From Kofleriaceae bacterium (GTDB lineage: Bacteria > Myxococcota_A > Polyangia > Haliangiales > Haliangiaceae): a stretch of 64,000 nt of DNA. The position numbers and the translations under genes were made by a program. Position 1 is the stretch's first letter, and every line of letters begins with the position of its first letter. Where the stretch lies: the NCBI GenBank assembly GCA_965215005.1, contig CBDCCZ010000054.1:192001-256000 (forward strand), written 5' to 3'. The notes beneath the pieces are model-generated. The model had not been told where the DNA came from. It did not search any database and was given only the letters and a program-made list of their open reading frames with translations. Positions 20,072-33,587 of the stretch are shown here, in pieces.

Positions 20072-21415
20072 TCAACGTCCCGTCAAGCGCGGCATTGGGC
20101 TCCAGTCCACCGACGTGGCCTTGCCGCTCCACACTCGCACCTGTTGCCCTTTGCCGTCGGCGTTGGCGAGATACACGCCGGGTCCCTGCCGACGGCTGGA
20201 CGCAAACGCAATCGCGCGGCCATTGGGCGAAAACGACGGCTCTTCGTTATCGCCTTGGTTTTGAGTGATGCGGACCATCTCGCGGCTGTCGAGGTCGAGC
20301 GTGACGATGTCGAAGTTGCCTTGGTCGCGTGTGGTGAAGGCCAGGATGCGCTTGCCTTTGCGCGGTGACCACGCCGGCGTCGTGTTGTACGGGCCGTTCA
20401 TCGATACTCGGCGCGGCGTGCCTCCGGTGGCTGGCATCACGAAGATCTGCGGTCCGCCTTCGCGATCCGACACGAACGCGATCTCCCGGCCATCCGGCGA
20501 CCACGCCGGCGAGGTATCGATCGCGCGGTCTTTCGTGAGTCGCTGCAGGATTCGGCCACTGCGGGCATCGAGAATGTAGATCTCGGGGTTGCCGTCTTGC
20601 GACAGCGTGACGGCCAGCTTACTGCCGTCGGGCGACCACGAGCCGCCGGTGTTCATGCCGCGGCGATTGCTGATGCGCTTGGGACGACCGCCACCGGCGC
20701 CGACGATGTACATGTCGGGGTTGTTGCGCATGTACGAGGTGAAGACCACTTGCGAGCCGGTTGGTGACCATTGCGGCAGAATGTTGATCGACCGGTTGCG
20801 CGTGAGTCCATAGGGATTGGCGCCGTCAAAATCCATCGCCATAACGGTTTTCACGCCCCGCCCGCCGGTCACGAATGCGATGCGCGAGCCGAAGAAGCCC
20901 GGCTCGCCCGTGAAGTACTCCACCACGTCGTTGGACCACTGGTGGACCATCTGCCGCAGTTGCTGCTTGGGGCCGCGGTAGGTACGCGACAGCACCGGCT
21001 GGCCGCCTTTCTCGATCTCGTACAGGCGAAACTCGGTCTCGACCTGATCGCCGCTCTCGCGCACCCGATACTTCATGACGCCAAACGCGCCGACGTTGCG
21101 CCACTTGTCGATCTCGATATCGAGCCCTTCGCGACTTAGGTCGGCCAAGAACGAGCGGGGGTCGAGCACCTGGAACCAGCCGGCCACCGACATATCGAAG
21201 CGCGCCACCTCGGCAACGAGCTTGGCCGCTGCGGAGTCGGAGTTGACTCCTTGCGGGATCGCGATGGGATAGAGCGTGCGCTTTGGCGAGTTGATGTCGA
21301 TGACGACACCCGACTCTTGCGCCGGCACCGGCGCGGCACTGAAAAGCAACGTCGCCACGGCAACGGCAGCGACGGCAAAATAGCGATTTAGGGGTTGAAA
21401 TTGAAGCATAGCCAT
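20072..21415 (-). CDS. tolB: Tol-Pal periplasmic beta-propeller protein
   Basis: Signal peptide, TolB_N-like segment, repeated PD40 motifs (P.WSPDG). Confidence 0.92.
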   Translation of the reverse strand: MAMLQFQPLNRYFAVAAVAVATLLFSAAPVPAQESGVVIDINSPKRTLYPIAIPQGVNSDSAAAKLVAEVARFDMSVAGWFQVLDPRSFLADLSREGLDIEIDKWRNVGAFGVMKYRVRESGDQVETEFRLYEIEKGGQPVLSRTYRGPKQQLRQMVHQWSNDVVEYFTGEPGFFGSRIAFVTGGRGVKTVMAMDFDGANPYGLTRNRSINILPQWSPTGSQVVFTSYMRNNPDMYIVGAGGGRPKRISNRRGMNTGGSWSPDGSKLAVTLSQDGNPEIYILDARSGRILQRLTKDRAIDTSPAWSPDGREIAFVSDREGGPQIFVMPATGGTPRRVSMNGPYNTTPAWSPRKGKRILAFTTRDQGNFDIVTLDLDSREMVRITQNQGDNEEPSFSPNGRAIAFASSRRQGPGVYLANADGKGQQVRVWSGKATSVDWSPMPRLTGR

Positions 21416-22116
21416 TTCGTCGTGATGTGTTCGATCTCGGGCGGAACGGGATGATCACCGCCGCTGCGCCCCTTTTGCAGCTGCAGCAGCGCTAGTCTGA
21501 CGGAGCGATCGATGTTGGCATTCTCCGACGGCGGGTCCAGTTTGAATTCGGTAATGATTCCAGATTTTTGCAGGAGCACGCAGGCGACGGCGGGTTCGGT
21601 TCCCTGCTCTAACGTTGGAACTTCCCAAGCGTCGTAGGCTTCGGCGACGATCTCACGCATGTAGGGGTGGCCCTTATCGACCGAAGCGAAGCCTTTTTCC
21701 GAGCCATCGAACGAGCCCTCGGCAGTTTCCTCGCCTTGATCCATGTCGTCGTTGTCGTCTTGGGTGCGCTTGAAGCGTTCCTCGAAGAGCTTCTCGTAGT
21801 CGAGCTCGTCGGGCTTCTTTTCCGGCTCTTTCGTTTCCGGTTCCGCCGGCTCGGCCTCGGCGTCGTCGGCGATCTTGGTCTGCTCGGGCTCTTCAGGGGG
21901 CGGCGCCATCCGCTTGCGTTCTTTTTGCGGCTGCCGCGATTCAGTGTTGCTCTTGCGCGCCAGCGACACCTCGATGGCTTCCTTGTCGATGATCGAAGGT
22001 CGTTCGGCAGCGCTGCCGACGCCAGCAAAGAACGCCGCTCCGCCGAAGATGGCGCCGTGCAGGACCAACGTCACCAGGAACCCGAGCACGTGCAGAAGCT
22101 TGTTGTTCTGCGGCAT
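21388..22116 (-). CDS. TolA/TonB-type energy transducer
   Basis: N-terminal TM with conserved His (LVLHG), charged linker, TonB/TolA C-terminal domain; lies between tolR and tolB. Confidence 0.8.
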   Translation of the reverse strand: MPQNNKLLHVLGFLVTLVLHGAIFGGAAFFAGVGSAAERPSIIDKEAIEVSLARKSNTESRQPQKERKRMAPPPEEPEQTKIADDAEAEPAEPETKEPEKKPDELDYEKLFEERFKRTQDDNDDMDQGEETAEGSFDGSEKGFASVDKGHPYMREIVAEAYDAWEVPTLEQGTEPAVACVLLQKSGIITEFKLDPPSENANIDRSVRLALLQLQKGRSGGDHPVPPEIEHITTKWLCFNFNP

Positions 22117-22119
22117 ACG

Positions 22120-22605
22120 CTACTCGCGCTCTGGCTGCTCGGCTGGCGACGGGCCGCTGCCGTCGCGGTCGAGAGCTTCTAAGTCGAGCTCTTCGGATGG
22201 ATCGGTTAGCAGCATGACTTTCTCGATACCAGCGCGTTTCGCCGTGGCCATGGCCGTGACGACCACCCCGTACGGGATGTCTTGATCGGCTTCGACGTAC
22301 AGCTCACTGTCAGTCTGCACCTTGCGATTGCTCGCAAGCTTGGGCTCGAGCTCGGTCCAGCTAACCTGCGTCTTGCCGAGGAACAGCTGCTTCCCTTTGT
22401 CGATGCTGAGGATCAGCTTTCCTTCGGCGGTATCGATGGCTTTACCCTCGGTTTGCGGCAACGCAATATCCACACCGGTATTGAGCATGGGCGCAGTGAT
22501 CATGAAGATGACCAACAGCACCAGCATGACATCGACGAACGGCGTGACATTGATTTCGCTGTTGAGCTCGTCACCGCCGCTACCACCTCCTACTTGCATA
22601 CCCAT
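22120..22605 (-). CDS. tolR: TolR/ExbD
   Basis: [30 protein letters not shown]. Confidence 0.92.
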   Translation of the reverse strand: MGMQVGGGSGGDELNSEINVTPFVDVMLVLLVIFMITAPMLNTGVDIALPQTEGKAIDTAEGKLILSIDKGKQLFLGKTQVSWTELEPKLASNRKVQTDSELYVEADQDIPYGVVVTAMATAKRAGIEKVMLLTDPSEELDLEALDRDGSGPSPAEQPERE

Positions 22606-22616
22606 GACAGCCCTCG

Positions 22617-23318
22617 CTAGTTAAGGAAGTGACGGCGAATGATGTTGAGATAGTCTTGCTCGAAGGTCTCCATGTTGGCTCTGGACACCCGCACGCGCCG
22701 AATGAAGTAGTTATAAGCGATGACCGCCGGTATTGCCGCCACCAAGCCGATAGCGGTCGCAAACAGCGCCTCGGCGATGCCCGGCGCCACGGTTTGAATG
22801 TTGGCGGAGCTGCCGCTCATCGACCGGAACGAGTTCATGATGCCGAATACGGTGCCGAACAAGCCGATGAACGGCGCCGCCGAACCGGTGGTTGCCAAGA
22901 ACGGCACCATCGAGTCGAGCCGCGTGGTCTCGAAGGTCTGCGCGCGCCGCAAAGCTCGCTTGACGTTGTCGAGATCACTCTCGCGATCCGCGCGATCGCG
23001 AGGCGTGTCGGTGGCGAGCTTGGCGAGCTCGGTGTAGCCCGCAGAGAACATGGCCGCCACGGGGCTGCGGGTGAGCGTCTGCGCGTACTTGTAGATTTGC
23101 TCGATGTCGCGGGACCGCCAGAACGCGTCCAAGAATTGTTTGGACTCTCCCTGCGCGCGCCGGATGTAGAAGTACTTGTAGCCGATGATGTACCAGCACG
23201 CGACGGACATCAGCGCAAGCAGCGCCATGACGAGCTTGACCACCCAGTGCGCCTGTTGGATGAGCGCCGTCAGGTCGAGATCCTCAGACACCGCCAAAAC
23301 CGAGAGTAAGTCTGGCAT
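22617..23318 (-). CDS. tolQ: TolQ/ExbB
   Basis: [41 protein letters not shown]. Confidence 0.94.
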   Translation of the reverse strand: MPDLLSVLAVSEDLDLTALIQQAHWVVKLVMALLALMSVACWYIIGYKYFYIRRAQGESKQFLDAFWRSRDIEQIYKYAQTLTRSPVAAMFSAGYTELAKLATDTPRDRADRESDLDNVKRALRRAQTFETTRLDSMVPFLATTGSAAPFIGLFGTVFGIMNSFRSMSGSSANIQTVAPGIAEALFATAIGLVAAIPAVIAYNYFIRRVRVSRANMETFEQDYLNIIRRHFLN

Positions 23319-23415
23319 ATTCGCTATTTAGACTCAGTGTTGCCGCTAGCACAAGATCGATCGCGCGCGATGATCGCGCCAGCGGTGCTCGCGCAGGTAT
23401 CGAGGAGCACGGCCG

Positions 23416-23958
23416 ATGACAACCCCTTTGAATAGCCGGCGGCAACGTGCGGTCGAATGGCCAGCGCATCCGCTTCTGCGTGTGCGAGGTCTCGCGCAGA
23501 TTGCGCTAATCGCAGCAATGATGACCAGTAGCACAGCGTGCGTAGATGTAGACGGCGGAGCAATTGAGCTCAGCTGGTCGCTTCGTTCGTTCACCGGCGC
23601 GCCGATCGATGACTGCGGCGATACCGGGATCGAGCAGATTCGCGTGCGGTGGAACCAGTGCGACGAGACTACATGCCCGATCTTCGCGTGTGCTCAAGAG
23701 CGCGGTGTGACCGACTTCATTGTGCCCGAAGGCACCCATAGCCTATCGATCGAACCACTGTGCGCGGATGGCCGACAGCCCGTCGACGGCACCTATCAGG
23801 TGCCACCGCCGATCGAGCGGCAAGTCATGCGCGGTCGCGTGGTAACGCTCAGCGCGCTCCTCATCATCGCGAGCGACAATCCCAAGGCTGACGTCGATGC
23901 GGAAGGAAAGGCGGCACAATGCCCGGCAGCGGGCTGTACGTGCCGACCCGACGCATGA
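23416..23958 (+). CDS. Hypothetical lipoprotein (start uncertain)
   Basis: STAC lipobox-like; shares W/C/FxC/GxT pattern with the downstream gene. Confidence 0.6.
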   Translation: MTTPLNSRRQRAVEWPAHPLLRVRGLAQIALIAAMMTSSTACVDVDGGAIELSWSLRSFTGAPIDDCGDTGIEQIRVRWNQCDETTCPIFACAQERGVTDFIVPEGTHSLSIEPLCADGRQPVDGTYQVPPPIERQVMRGRVVTLSALLIIASDNPKADVDAEGKAAQCPAAGCTCRPDA

Positions 23959-24142
23959 CCGAGGTCACGTGGTTGGCGGAGGCTTTTGGAGTAAGTCCGT
24001 CGACGGTGGAGTCCGCCTTGCCGGGTGCCACGTTTCGCCAGATACTTTGCCGCAGCGACTTTGGCGCTGCCCGGGCGCAGGCCACAGGATTCGTTCCATT
24101 CACGTTGCGACGTCGAGCTCGTAATCATCTAGGAGAACAACC

Positions 24143-24823
24143 ATGAAGCTAGTCTATGCAGCGCTCGTAGCAGCCGGTGTGTCACAAGCCGCCGGTTGCG
24201 TATTCACCTCCGTCGAAGAGGGCCAACTCGACGTCAGCTGGAACCTGGAGAGTGGCGACACCTGCCCAGGTGGAACCGCAGAGGTCAACATCGAGGAGGT
24301 TGGCGGCGGTCGCACGTATGTGGAGCTGTTCGACTGCGTCGATGGCCGCGGGCGCACCGGACCCATCCGCGAGGGCCGGTACACTGTCTATGTCAACCTG
24401 ATCGATGACAGCGGTGCTGCGCTGTACGCGCAGTCGTTCTCCGCGGATGTTTCCATCACCCGCGATGGCGAGCTGGTGCCGGTTTCCTTCGACATCAACG
24501 TCGACGAGGCGTTCTTTGCGCTCACCTGGTCGCTCGTCGATACGGGTGGTAGCGAGCTCAGCTGCGCCGAAGCCGGAGCCGGCGGCGTCTCGGTGCTGTC
24601 CACGCTGGTGGGGCCAGCTGGCTCGGGCTTCGACGACGTGTTTGACTGTGAAGCCCGCGAAGGCGTGACGAGCCCCTTGCCCCTCGGCGACTATGAGGTG
24701 GTGACCAGCGTGCTCGAGACCGGCTCCGATGCAGTGCTTGGGCAATCGCAAACACGCGCGGCGGCGCTCGACTTCGGCAACCAACTGAACGACCTCGGTA
24801 ATTTCGAGTTCGTTTTCGAGTAG
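24143..24823 (+). CDS. Acidic lipoprotein with two internal repeats of about 100 aa
   Basis: AGGAGA SD, AAGC lipobox, duplicated SW.L..C..FDC..G.T.P..G.Y.V pattern. Confidence 0.8.
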   Translation: MKLVYAALVAAGVSQAAGCVFTSVEEGQLDVSWNLESGDTCPGGTAEVNIEEVGGGRTYVELFDCVDGRGRTGPIREGRYTVYVNLIDDSGAALYAQSFSADVSITRDGELVPVSFDINVDEAFFALTWSLVDTGGSELSCAEAGAGGVSVLSTLVGPAGSGFDDVFDCEAREGVTSPLPLGDYEVVTSVLETGSDAVLGQSQTRAAALDFGNQLNDLGNFEFVFE

Positions 24824-24846
24824 ATCGTAGCGACGTCGCTCTACCG

Positions 24847-24872
24847 AGCCCGCCCACCTCTGGGCGGGCTTT
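24847..24872 (+). terminator. Intrinsic terminator-like hairpin
   Basis: GAGCCCGCCC-acctct-GGGCGGGCTT, short T run, just after the 24823 stop. Confidence 0.65.
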
Positions 24873-24940
24873 CGTGCGTATAGGCCGTGCCGCCTCGGTC
24901 GGCGGTTGCCGGGCTAGGTCGAGCAGCCTACATTCGTTGG

Positions 24941-25645
24941 ATGAGCCGGCAGCGAGACTTTGGAATCGGTAAGATGCGCATCACTCGAGGCGCGCTGTAC
25001 CTGCTGTTCGCCGAGGTCGGGTTCTCGCTCATCTATCTGTTCTCCGACGAGGCGCTGCGCGCGCAGCTCTACCGCTGGTTTGCCGCCACCACCGAAAACG
25101 TCTGGCTCGACGGCAAGGTGTGGACGCTGGTCACGGGCGCGCTGTGGCAGCCAGACTTCATCACGTTGGTGTTTCACATCCTCATCTTGTGGATGTTCGT
25201 ACCGACGCTGGAGCGTTGGTGGGGCACGAAGAAGTTCCTCCTCTTTGCGCTTTACACCTCGTTAGCGGGCACGGTGGTGGGCACGGCAGCGGGCTTCGTG
25301 CTCAGCGGCGGTGCTCCGACTGGATTGGACCCCTTCATCTACGGCAGCATCGTCGCGTTTGGCGTGCTCTATGCCGACCATCCGGTGCAGTTCTTTGGCG
25401 TCCTGCCGATGACCGGCAAGCAGCTGATGTTTGGCATCATCGGCTTTGTCCTTCTATTCATTGTCCTGACCGGCGCCTGGGCCAAAGGCGCGGGCTTCGC
25501 GGCCGCCATGCTGACCGCGTGGCTCATCACCTCTGGACGATGGAATCCGCGGCTCTGGTTTCTAAAGTGGAAGCAGCAGCGGATCCGTCGGCACCTCAAA
25601 GTGGTCGACAAAGACGGCGATGAGCCGCGCCGTTGGATGAATTAG
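24941..25645 (+). CDS. Rhomboid-superfamily membrane protein, catalytic residues apparently absent
   Basis: WTLVT, H..ILWMF..LERWWG pattern, about 6 TMs; GLDP where GxSG is expected. Confidence 0.75.
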   Translation: MSRQRDFGIGKMRITRGALYLLFAEVGFSLIYLFSDEALRAQLYRWFAATTENVWLDGKVWTLVTGALWQPDFITLVFHILILWMFVPTLERWWGTKKFLLFALYTSLAGTVVGTAAGFVLSGGAPTGLDPFIYGSIVAFGVLYADHPVQFFGVLPMTGKQLMFGIIGFVLLFIVLTGAWAKGAGFAAAMLTAWLITSGRWNPRLWFLKWKQQRIRRHLKVVDKDGDEPRRWMN

Positions 25646-25728
25646 GCGCGTGTCGAGCGGCTGCTGGTGGCCGCCGACAACCGGCTGGCTGCTCGGCAGC
25701 CATGCAACGGTCATGGTAACTTTCGCCC

Positions 25729-27192
<1,464 letters not shown>

Positions 27193-27279
27193 GCGCGGGT
27201 AGATTCGACGTCGGCAGGGCCGCAGAGACGCCGCTCGAGGAGCCCGTTCGGCAGTTCCTCGATCGACGTGGCTCAGCTT

Positions 27280-28446
27280 CTAAGGAGCGTGCGTGCGCGG
27301 CCGATCGCTAGCCGGCGGATGCACGCGCCGGGGCGGTGGATTGCCGGCGCTGTCGCGTGGCGCAGGCGGTGGCGCGGCTCGCCGCGGCGTGTTGGAAGGC
27401 GCCGACTGGCCGGACGTGTTGGGCCGCGACGGCGGCGGTGGGGCGGTGCGCCGCGGCGGCGCCTGCGGCGTGTTGGGCCGTGACGGCGGCGGCGCAGCGC
27501 GACCCGGACTCCGCGGCGGAGTGGTGGTGCGCGGCGGCGGTGCGCTCGGCGTGTTGGGCCGTGACGGCGGCGGCGCCGTGCGGCCCGGACTCCGCGGCGG
27601 GGTGGTGGTGCGCGGCGGTGGTGCGCTCGGCGTGTTGGGCCGCGACGGCGGCGGCGCGGTCTGCCCCGGTCCCCGCGGCGGGGTGGTGGTGCGCGGCGGC
27701 GGTGCGCTCGGCGTGTTGGGCCGCGACGGCGGCGGCGCGGTCTGCCCCGGTCCCCGCGGCGGGGTGGTGGTGCGCGGCGGCGGTGCACCCGGCGTGCTGG
27801 GCCGCGACGGCGGCGTTTGCCCCCGCACTGGCGGCTGCGGGCGATACACCGGTTGCCGTGGCGGCGTGTACGTCGGGCGTTGACGCGGGGGCGTATAGGT
27901 TCGCGCCGGCGGCCGCTGCGGGTCATGCGTCGGCGGCTGCCGATAGCGCCCGTAGTTCGATGGAACTCGCTCATTGCCGCGCGGTCGATACCCCGTGGTG
28001 GGGCGTCCGCTACGGTGATCGCGAATGGTCACGCCGCTGGGAACCCGGTTGCGATGCGACCAATAGCCCGAGTGATAGACGTAGGCGCTGCCGTTATAGT
28101 TGTAGTAGGGCTGGATATAGACGTAGTCGGAGCGGTCTTGCACCCAACGGCCGCCAACCCAAACCCACTCATAGCCGTTCCAGTGCCAGTAGCCGTCGAT
28201 CCACACATAGCCGTAGCCGGGCGAGGCCGTGACCTCTTCATAAAGTGGCTCGGGCGGATAACTTTCCACGTTCAGCGTTGTGGGGCTGCCCACGGCGACC
28301 GAACCCGAGGCATAGCCGGAGCTTCTGCCGGTCGTGGAGTACCCGCTCGAGGGGCGACTCTCTCGGACGACGCAGCCAGACGCCGTCAGCGTAAAGCCGA
28401 GGCTGGCAAGTCCGAGAAGCGAGACCAGATGTCGCTTCGTAGTCAT
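27280..28446 (-). CDS. Lipoprotein with YXWGXW repeats and Pro-rich repeat tail
   Basis: ASGC lipobox; YVWIDGYW, WVWVGGRW, YVYHSGYW. Confidence 0.85.
   Translation of the reverse strand: MTTKRHLVSLLGLASLGFTLTASGCVVRESRPSSGYSTTGRSSGYASGSVAVGSPTTLNVESYPPEPLYEEVTASPGYGYVWIDGYWHWNGYEWVWVGGRWVQDRSDYVYIQPYYNYNGSAYVYHSGYWSHRNRVPSGVTIRDHRSGRPTTGYRPRGNERVPSNYGRYRQPPTHDPQRPPARTYTPPRQRPTYTPPRQPVYRPQPPVRGQTPPSRPSTPGAPPPRTTTPPRGPGQTAPPPSRPNTPSAPPPRTTTPPRGPGQTAPPPSRPNTPSAPPPRTTTPPRSPGRTAPPPSRPNTPSAPPPRTTTPPRSPGRAAPPPSRPNTPQAPPRRTAPPPPSRPNTSGQSAPSNTPRRAAPPPAPRDSAGNPPPRRVHPPASDRPRTHAP
27410..27815 (-). repeat. Coding tandem repeat, 81-bp (27-aa) unit, about 4-5 copies
   Basis: APPPSRPNTPSAPPPRTTTPPRGPGQT unit repeated nearly exactly. 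Confidence 0.9.
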
Positions 28447-28658
28447 AGTCGTTCCTCCATGCACGCGGTTTTGACGGCGCCGGAGCAGCGTCGATTCAAC
28501 TGTATAGTCCAGCGCAAACGTACGCGCAAAAACTCGGGCTCGCTGCGCTCAGCGCGCACGCCTCGGGGCGGGCGCATCGCGGTCGACGCGTTGCCGCTTC
28601 CATAGCCCATCCGCGGCAGCTTCGCGCGCTGTCGGCAGGCTTTGCTATCGTGGCGGCG

Positions 28659-30743
<2,085 letters not shown>

Positions 30744-30745
30744 GG

Positions 30746-31897
30746 CTAACGCTGGCTGCGAGGTTGGCGCCGCCGCAAGCCTATGAGAACCACGATGACG
30801 AGGGCGCCGGTGGGGTCGTGGCGGGCGCTGAGCGCGCACGAGGAGAGCGGCACGACGTCGCGCAGCGCTTCGGTTTCGGCGTCGGCATCGACGACGACGT
30901 GAAGGACGTTGGGGGCGCGGTGCACGCCGTCGGAGGCGATGACGGCAAGGTCATGAGGGCCTGTTGGCAGGTCGGCCGGTGCGCGTAACGCGTAAGGGGC
31001 AACGGTGTCGGCGTCGACGCGTTCGCCATCGACGTAGAGCTCGACGAAGGCGATGCCGCGCTCATCCGTAGCCTCGACCTTGACCTCAAATCCTGGTCCT
31101 ACGTGGGCACCGGGGGAGGGATAGCGAACTTGAATGCTGGGCGCGCGGTCATCGGGCAGTCGCGGGCCCATGGTGGCTAATAGCTTGCGAAACGAGTTCT
31201 GCGTCTGCTCGCAGCGGCATGCGCGGGGCGCATCCTCGCCACACGTTTGCTCAGCATCGCGAAATTGCTTGGCACCGCAGCCGTCGAGATAGGTCATCAA
31301 GTCGGGGCAGTGATAGGAATGATCGAGTCCGAAGGTATGGCCGAGCTCATGCGCGGCAATTTCGCAGACCTTGTCGATGCCTTGGCCGATCGACTCTGGG
31401 AACACAAACGCGATTGCTCGAGGAACGTGCTCGCAGCCGCCGCTGGCGAACGGAGCCACTCCACCGACCTCCGGTGCCAGCTGCAGCGTCGATGAGCTAC
31501 CGCCAATCACGACCTCCACGGCCGGAGCTCGAGGTTCGTCATCGACCACGGTGATGTCGAAGGTGGCAAGCCTGCTTCGCATGCAGTCCATGAACGCTAG
31601 CCACTCGCGCTCGGGCACGTCCCAGCGCGGAATCGTGACTGCCTGCTCGAGAACCGTCGAGACGTTGAGGCCTGAGTCGTTGCGCCGGCCGGGATAGTAG
31701 CGACCTCCCCGATGATTTAGGAACGCCACCTTGGTGGTCGGAAAAAGCGGCTCATCTGGCCCCGCAAGCTCGTTTCGTGGCGGTTCTGCGACGGCTTCGG
31801 TCTCGACGACTAAACAGTAGTCAGAGGCCGCCGCCGCCGCTGGGACGAGAGCCAGAATCCAGCCAAGCAAGGCTGCTGCGATGCGCGCCGATCTCAT
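30746..31897 (-). CDS. Secreted metzincin metalloprotease with Ig-like domain and MYXO-CTERM-like tail
   Basis: HELGHTFGLDH plus Met-turn (DLMTY); Ig-like VELYVDG..APY; C-terminal SSC..hydrophobic..RRR. Confidence 0.82.
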   Translation of the reverse strand: MRSARIAAALLGWILALVPAAAAASDYCLVVETEAVAEPPRNELAGPDEPLFPTTKVAFLNHRGGRYYPGRRNDSGLNVSTVLEQAVTIPRWDVPEREWLAFMDCMRSRLATFDITVVDDEPRAPAVEVVIGGSSSTLQLAPEVGGVAPFASGGCEHVPRAIAFVFPESIGQGIDKVCEIAAHELGHTFGLDHSYHCPDLMTYLDGCGAKQFRDAEQTCGEDAPRACRCEQTQNSFRKLLATMGPRLPDDRAPSIQVRYPSPGAHVGPGFEVKVEATDERGIAFVELYVDGERVDADTVAPYALRAPADLPTGPHDLAVIASDGVHRAPNVLHVVVDADAETEALRDVVPLSSCALSARHDPTGALVIVVLIGLRRRQPRSQR

Positions 31898-32024
31898 GAG
31901 GAGCTTGGCCGCGGTAGCACGGCCGTCGACCAAGTCTAGGAGCGCATCGCGTGCGGGCACCTTAGCCGTGCCTTAAACGCGCCATGAGCGAGGCTTCACG
32001 CTGCTAACGGTGGTGTGACGCGAT

Positions 32025-32093
32025 GCGCCAGGCGCAGCGATGGTTGGAGAGTTGCGCCATGGCGGCTATGTTCGGGCCGTGTCGGCGGATGAT
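32025..32093 (+). repeat. Exact 69-bp direct repeat, copy A (contains TTGGAG-N17-TATGTT)
   Basis: Identical to 33636-33704. Confidence 0.95.
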
Positions 32094-32101
32094 ATCGCTC
32101 T

Positions 32102-32182
32102 GCGAGAGTGGCCGAACTGGTAGACGTGCTGGATTTAGGTTCCAGTGTCGAAAGACGTAGGGGTTCGAGTCCCTCTCTCGCA
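32102..32182 (+). tRNA. tRNA-Leu (TAG), imperfect; probable left attachment site
   Basis: GCGAGAG/CTCTCGC acceptor, CTGGA-TT-TAG-GT-TCCAG, long variable arm; D-stem mismatch and T-stem one C short. Confidence 0.85.
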
Positions 32183-32244
32183 CTAGAGTAACACGATCGA
32201 GAAATCGGCGAACCGCGTTCGCGGAACGTTTGCGGAACGATTTG

Positions 32245-32520
32245 TCACTTCCGACCTCCGCTGATGACCCGGAGGAGCTGCTTCGCCCGCGCGCGCTTCG
32301 CCGTTCCGGCGTCGGTGTAATGCCGCTTGATCGTCCAGCGGGCGAACGCGCCCCAGGGCCAACCAGAGCGAACTTGTCCAGTAGCTCGTCGTCGGGGTTC
32401 GCTCGATCGGGATCGCCCACAACGATGATGTTCTCCCGTAAGCCAAGTCGTGACCAGACCCGAGATCACGGGACCGGACCCCAGGGTGGAATCGGATTGA
32501 GCGGGTACATGGGGCTACCA
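32245..32520 (-). pseudogene. Possible C-terminal relic of a tyrosine integrase
   Basis: GHDLAYGRT..LALGR in one frame and TIKRHYT..LRVISGGRK* in another, resembling HxLR / LGH / catalytic Tyr boxes; next to the att site. Confidence 0.4.
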
Positions 32521-32572
32521 TCTACAGGCTGTTCCCACGTCATATGACGGAAGCGGGGGGGCGATCGACGGT

Positions 32573-33478
32573 TCAGTTGCCCCACCCGGGCACGCCGTTC
32601 TTGGTGAGGACGCCCTGAAGACGGAACGCCGCGGATGACCAAGCCGTGAGGAACTGCTCGAAGCTCGCCGCGATCGGAACCGGCTGCTCGCGCCTACCGA
32701 TCCACACGACCTCGGGGTCGGCAGCATCGGTGATCCGCAGCGCCACCACTCCACTGTCGGCGATCTCACCGAACACGAATAGCTGATCGTCGTACGAGTC
32801 CCAGAGTTGCCAGTGGTCACCATAGTCGTTCACGGGCCAGATGGACGGTTCGGTCAGGTCGCGCGCACCAATCGTCTGAAAGCGCGGCGCATCGGTCGGG
32901 TAGGATGCAACGACGACGCCGTTGCAGACCGACCAGAACGCCACGAGTGTCTTGGGCAACTGGTGCTCGGTGTGCTCGACGAACTCCGCGGCGATCTCTG
33001 TAAGCTGCTCGGGCGCCGGCTCGCCGATCTCGACGCACACGAGTTCGTCGTCGTCTCCAAGGGCCAGTGGGACCGCCTTCCATGCAGTCGTCAGCGCGTC
33101 TACATCGCGGAGATTCGCCAGGACTCGATCCGCAATTGCTTGCTCGCGCTCGCCGAACTCAGGGGCGGGCGGCTGGGTCAGGCGCACACCGTGGCGCACG
33201 GCGATCGTCTCAAAGGTTTGCTTGCCTTCGTCGCCGAAGTCCGCGATGAGACGGGTCTGCCAGGTCGTCAATGCCTGGCGGGCGAGGGCGGCTAGCTCTG
33301 CTTGTCCCTCGATGTTCTCGGCGCCGACAGTCATCCCGAAGATTGAAGCTCCTCCATTCTCTAGGGCAACGACGGCACCGGCGAGTGCCGAAACGTTGAC
33401 GCCGATATCGACCAATGGCCCGTCGGTGGAAGGAGAGGCAGCACTGATCTGAGCACGGATCCATTCGCTCTTTCGCAT
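32573..33478 (-). CDS. Protein with C-terminal SMI1/KNR4 (SUKH)-like domain
   Basis: LPKTLVAFWSVCNG, FVFGE..SG, PEVVWI, IAASFEQFL. Confidence 0.7.
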   Translation of the reverse strand: MRKSEWIRAQISAASPSTDGPLVDIGVNVSALAGAVVALENGGASIFGMTVGAENIEGQAELAALARQALTTWQTRLIADFGDEGKQTFETIAVRHGVRLTQPPAPEFGEREQAIADRVLANLRDVDALTTAWKAVPLALGDDDELVCVEIGEPAPEQLTEIAAEFVEHTEHQLPKTLVAFWSVCNGVVVASYPTDAPRFQTIGARDLTEPSIWPVNDYGDHWQLWDSYDDQLFVFGEIADSGVVALRITDAADPEVVWIGRREQPVPIAASFEQFLTAWSSAAFRLQGVLTKNGVPGWGN

Positions 33479-33587
33479 GGGAGCGCAGCCTAACCGTTGT
33501 TCCGCGGCCGATGAAGGATTCACGCACCTTGCCGCGTCGCGGAACGTCATGGGTTGAGAACCTCGGGAGATTCCTCGTGGGCGCGGA

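Noticed and set aside
27410..27815. Possible CRISPR array
   Set aside because: No unique spacers; in-frame 81-bp coding repeat; no cas genes in the window.
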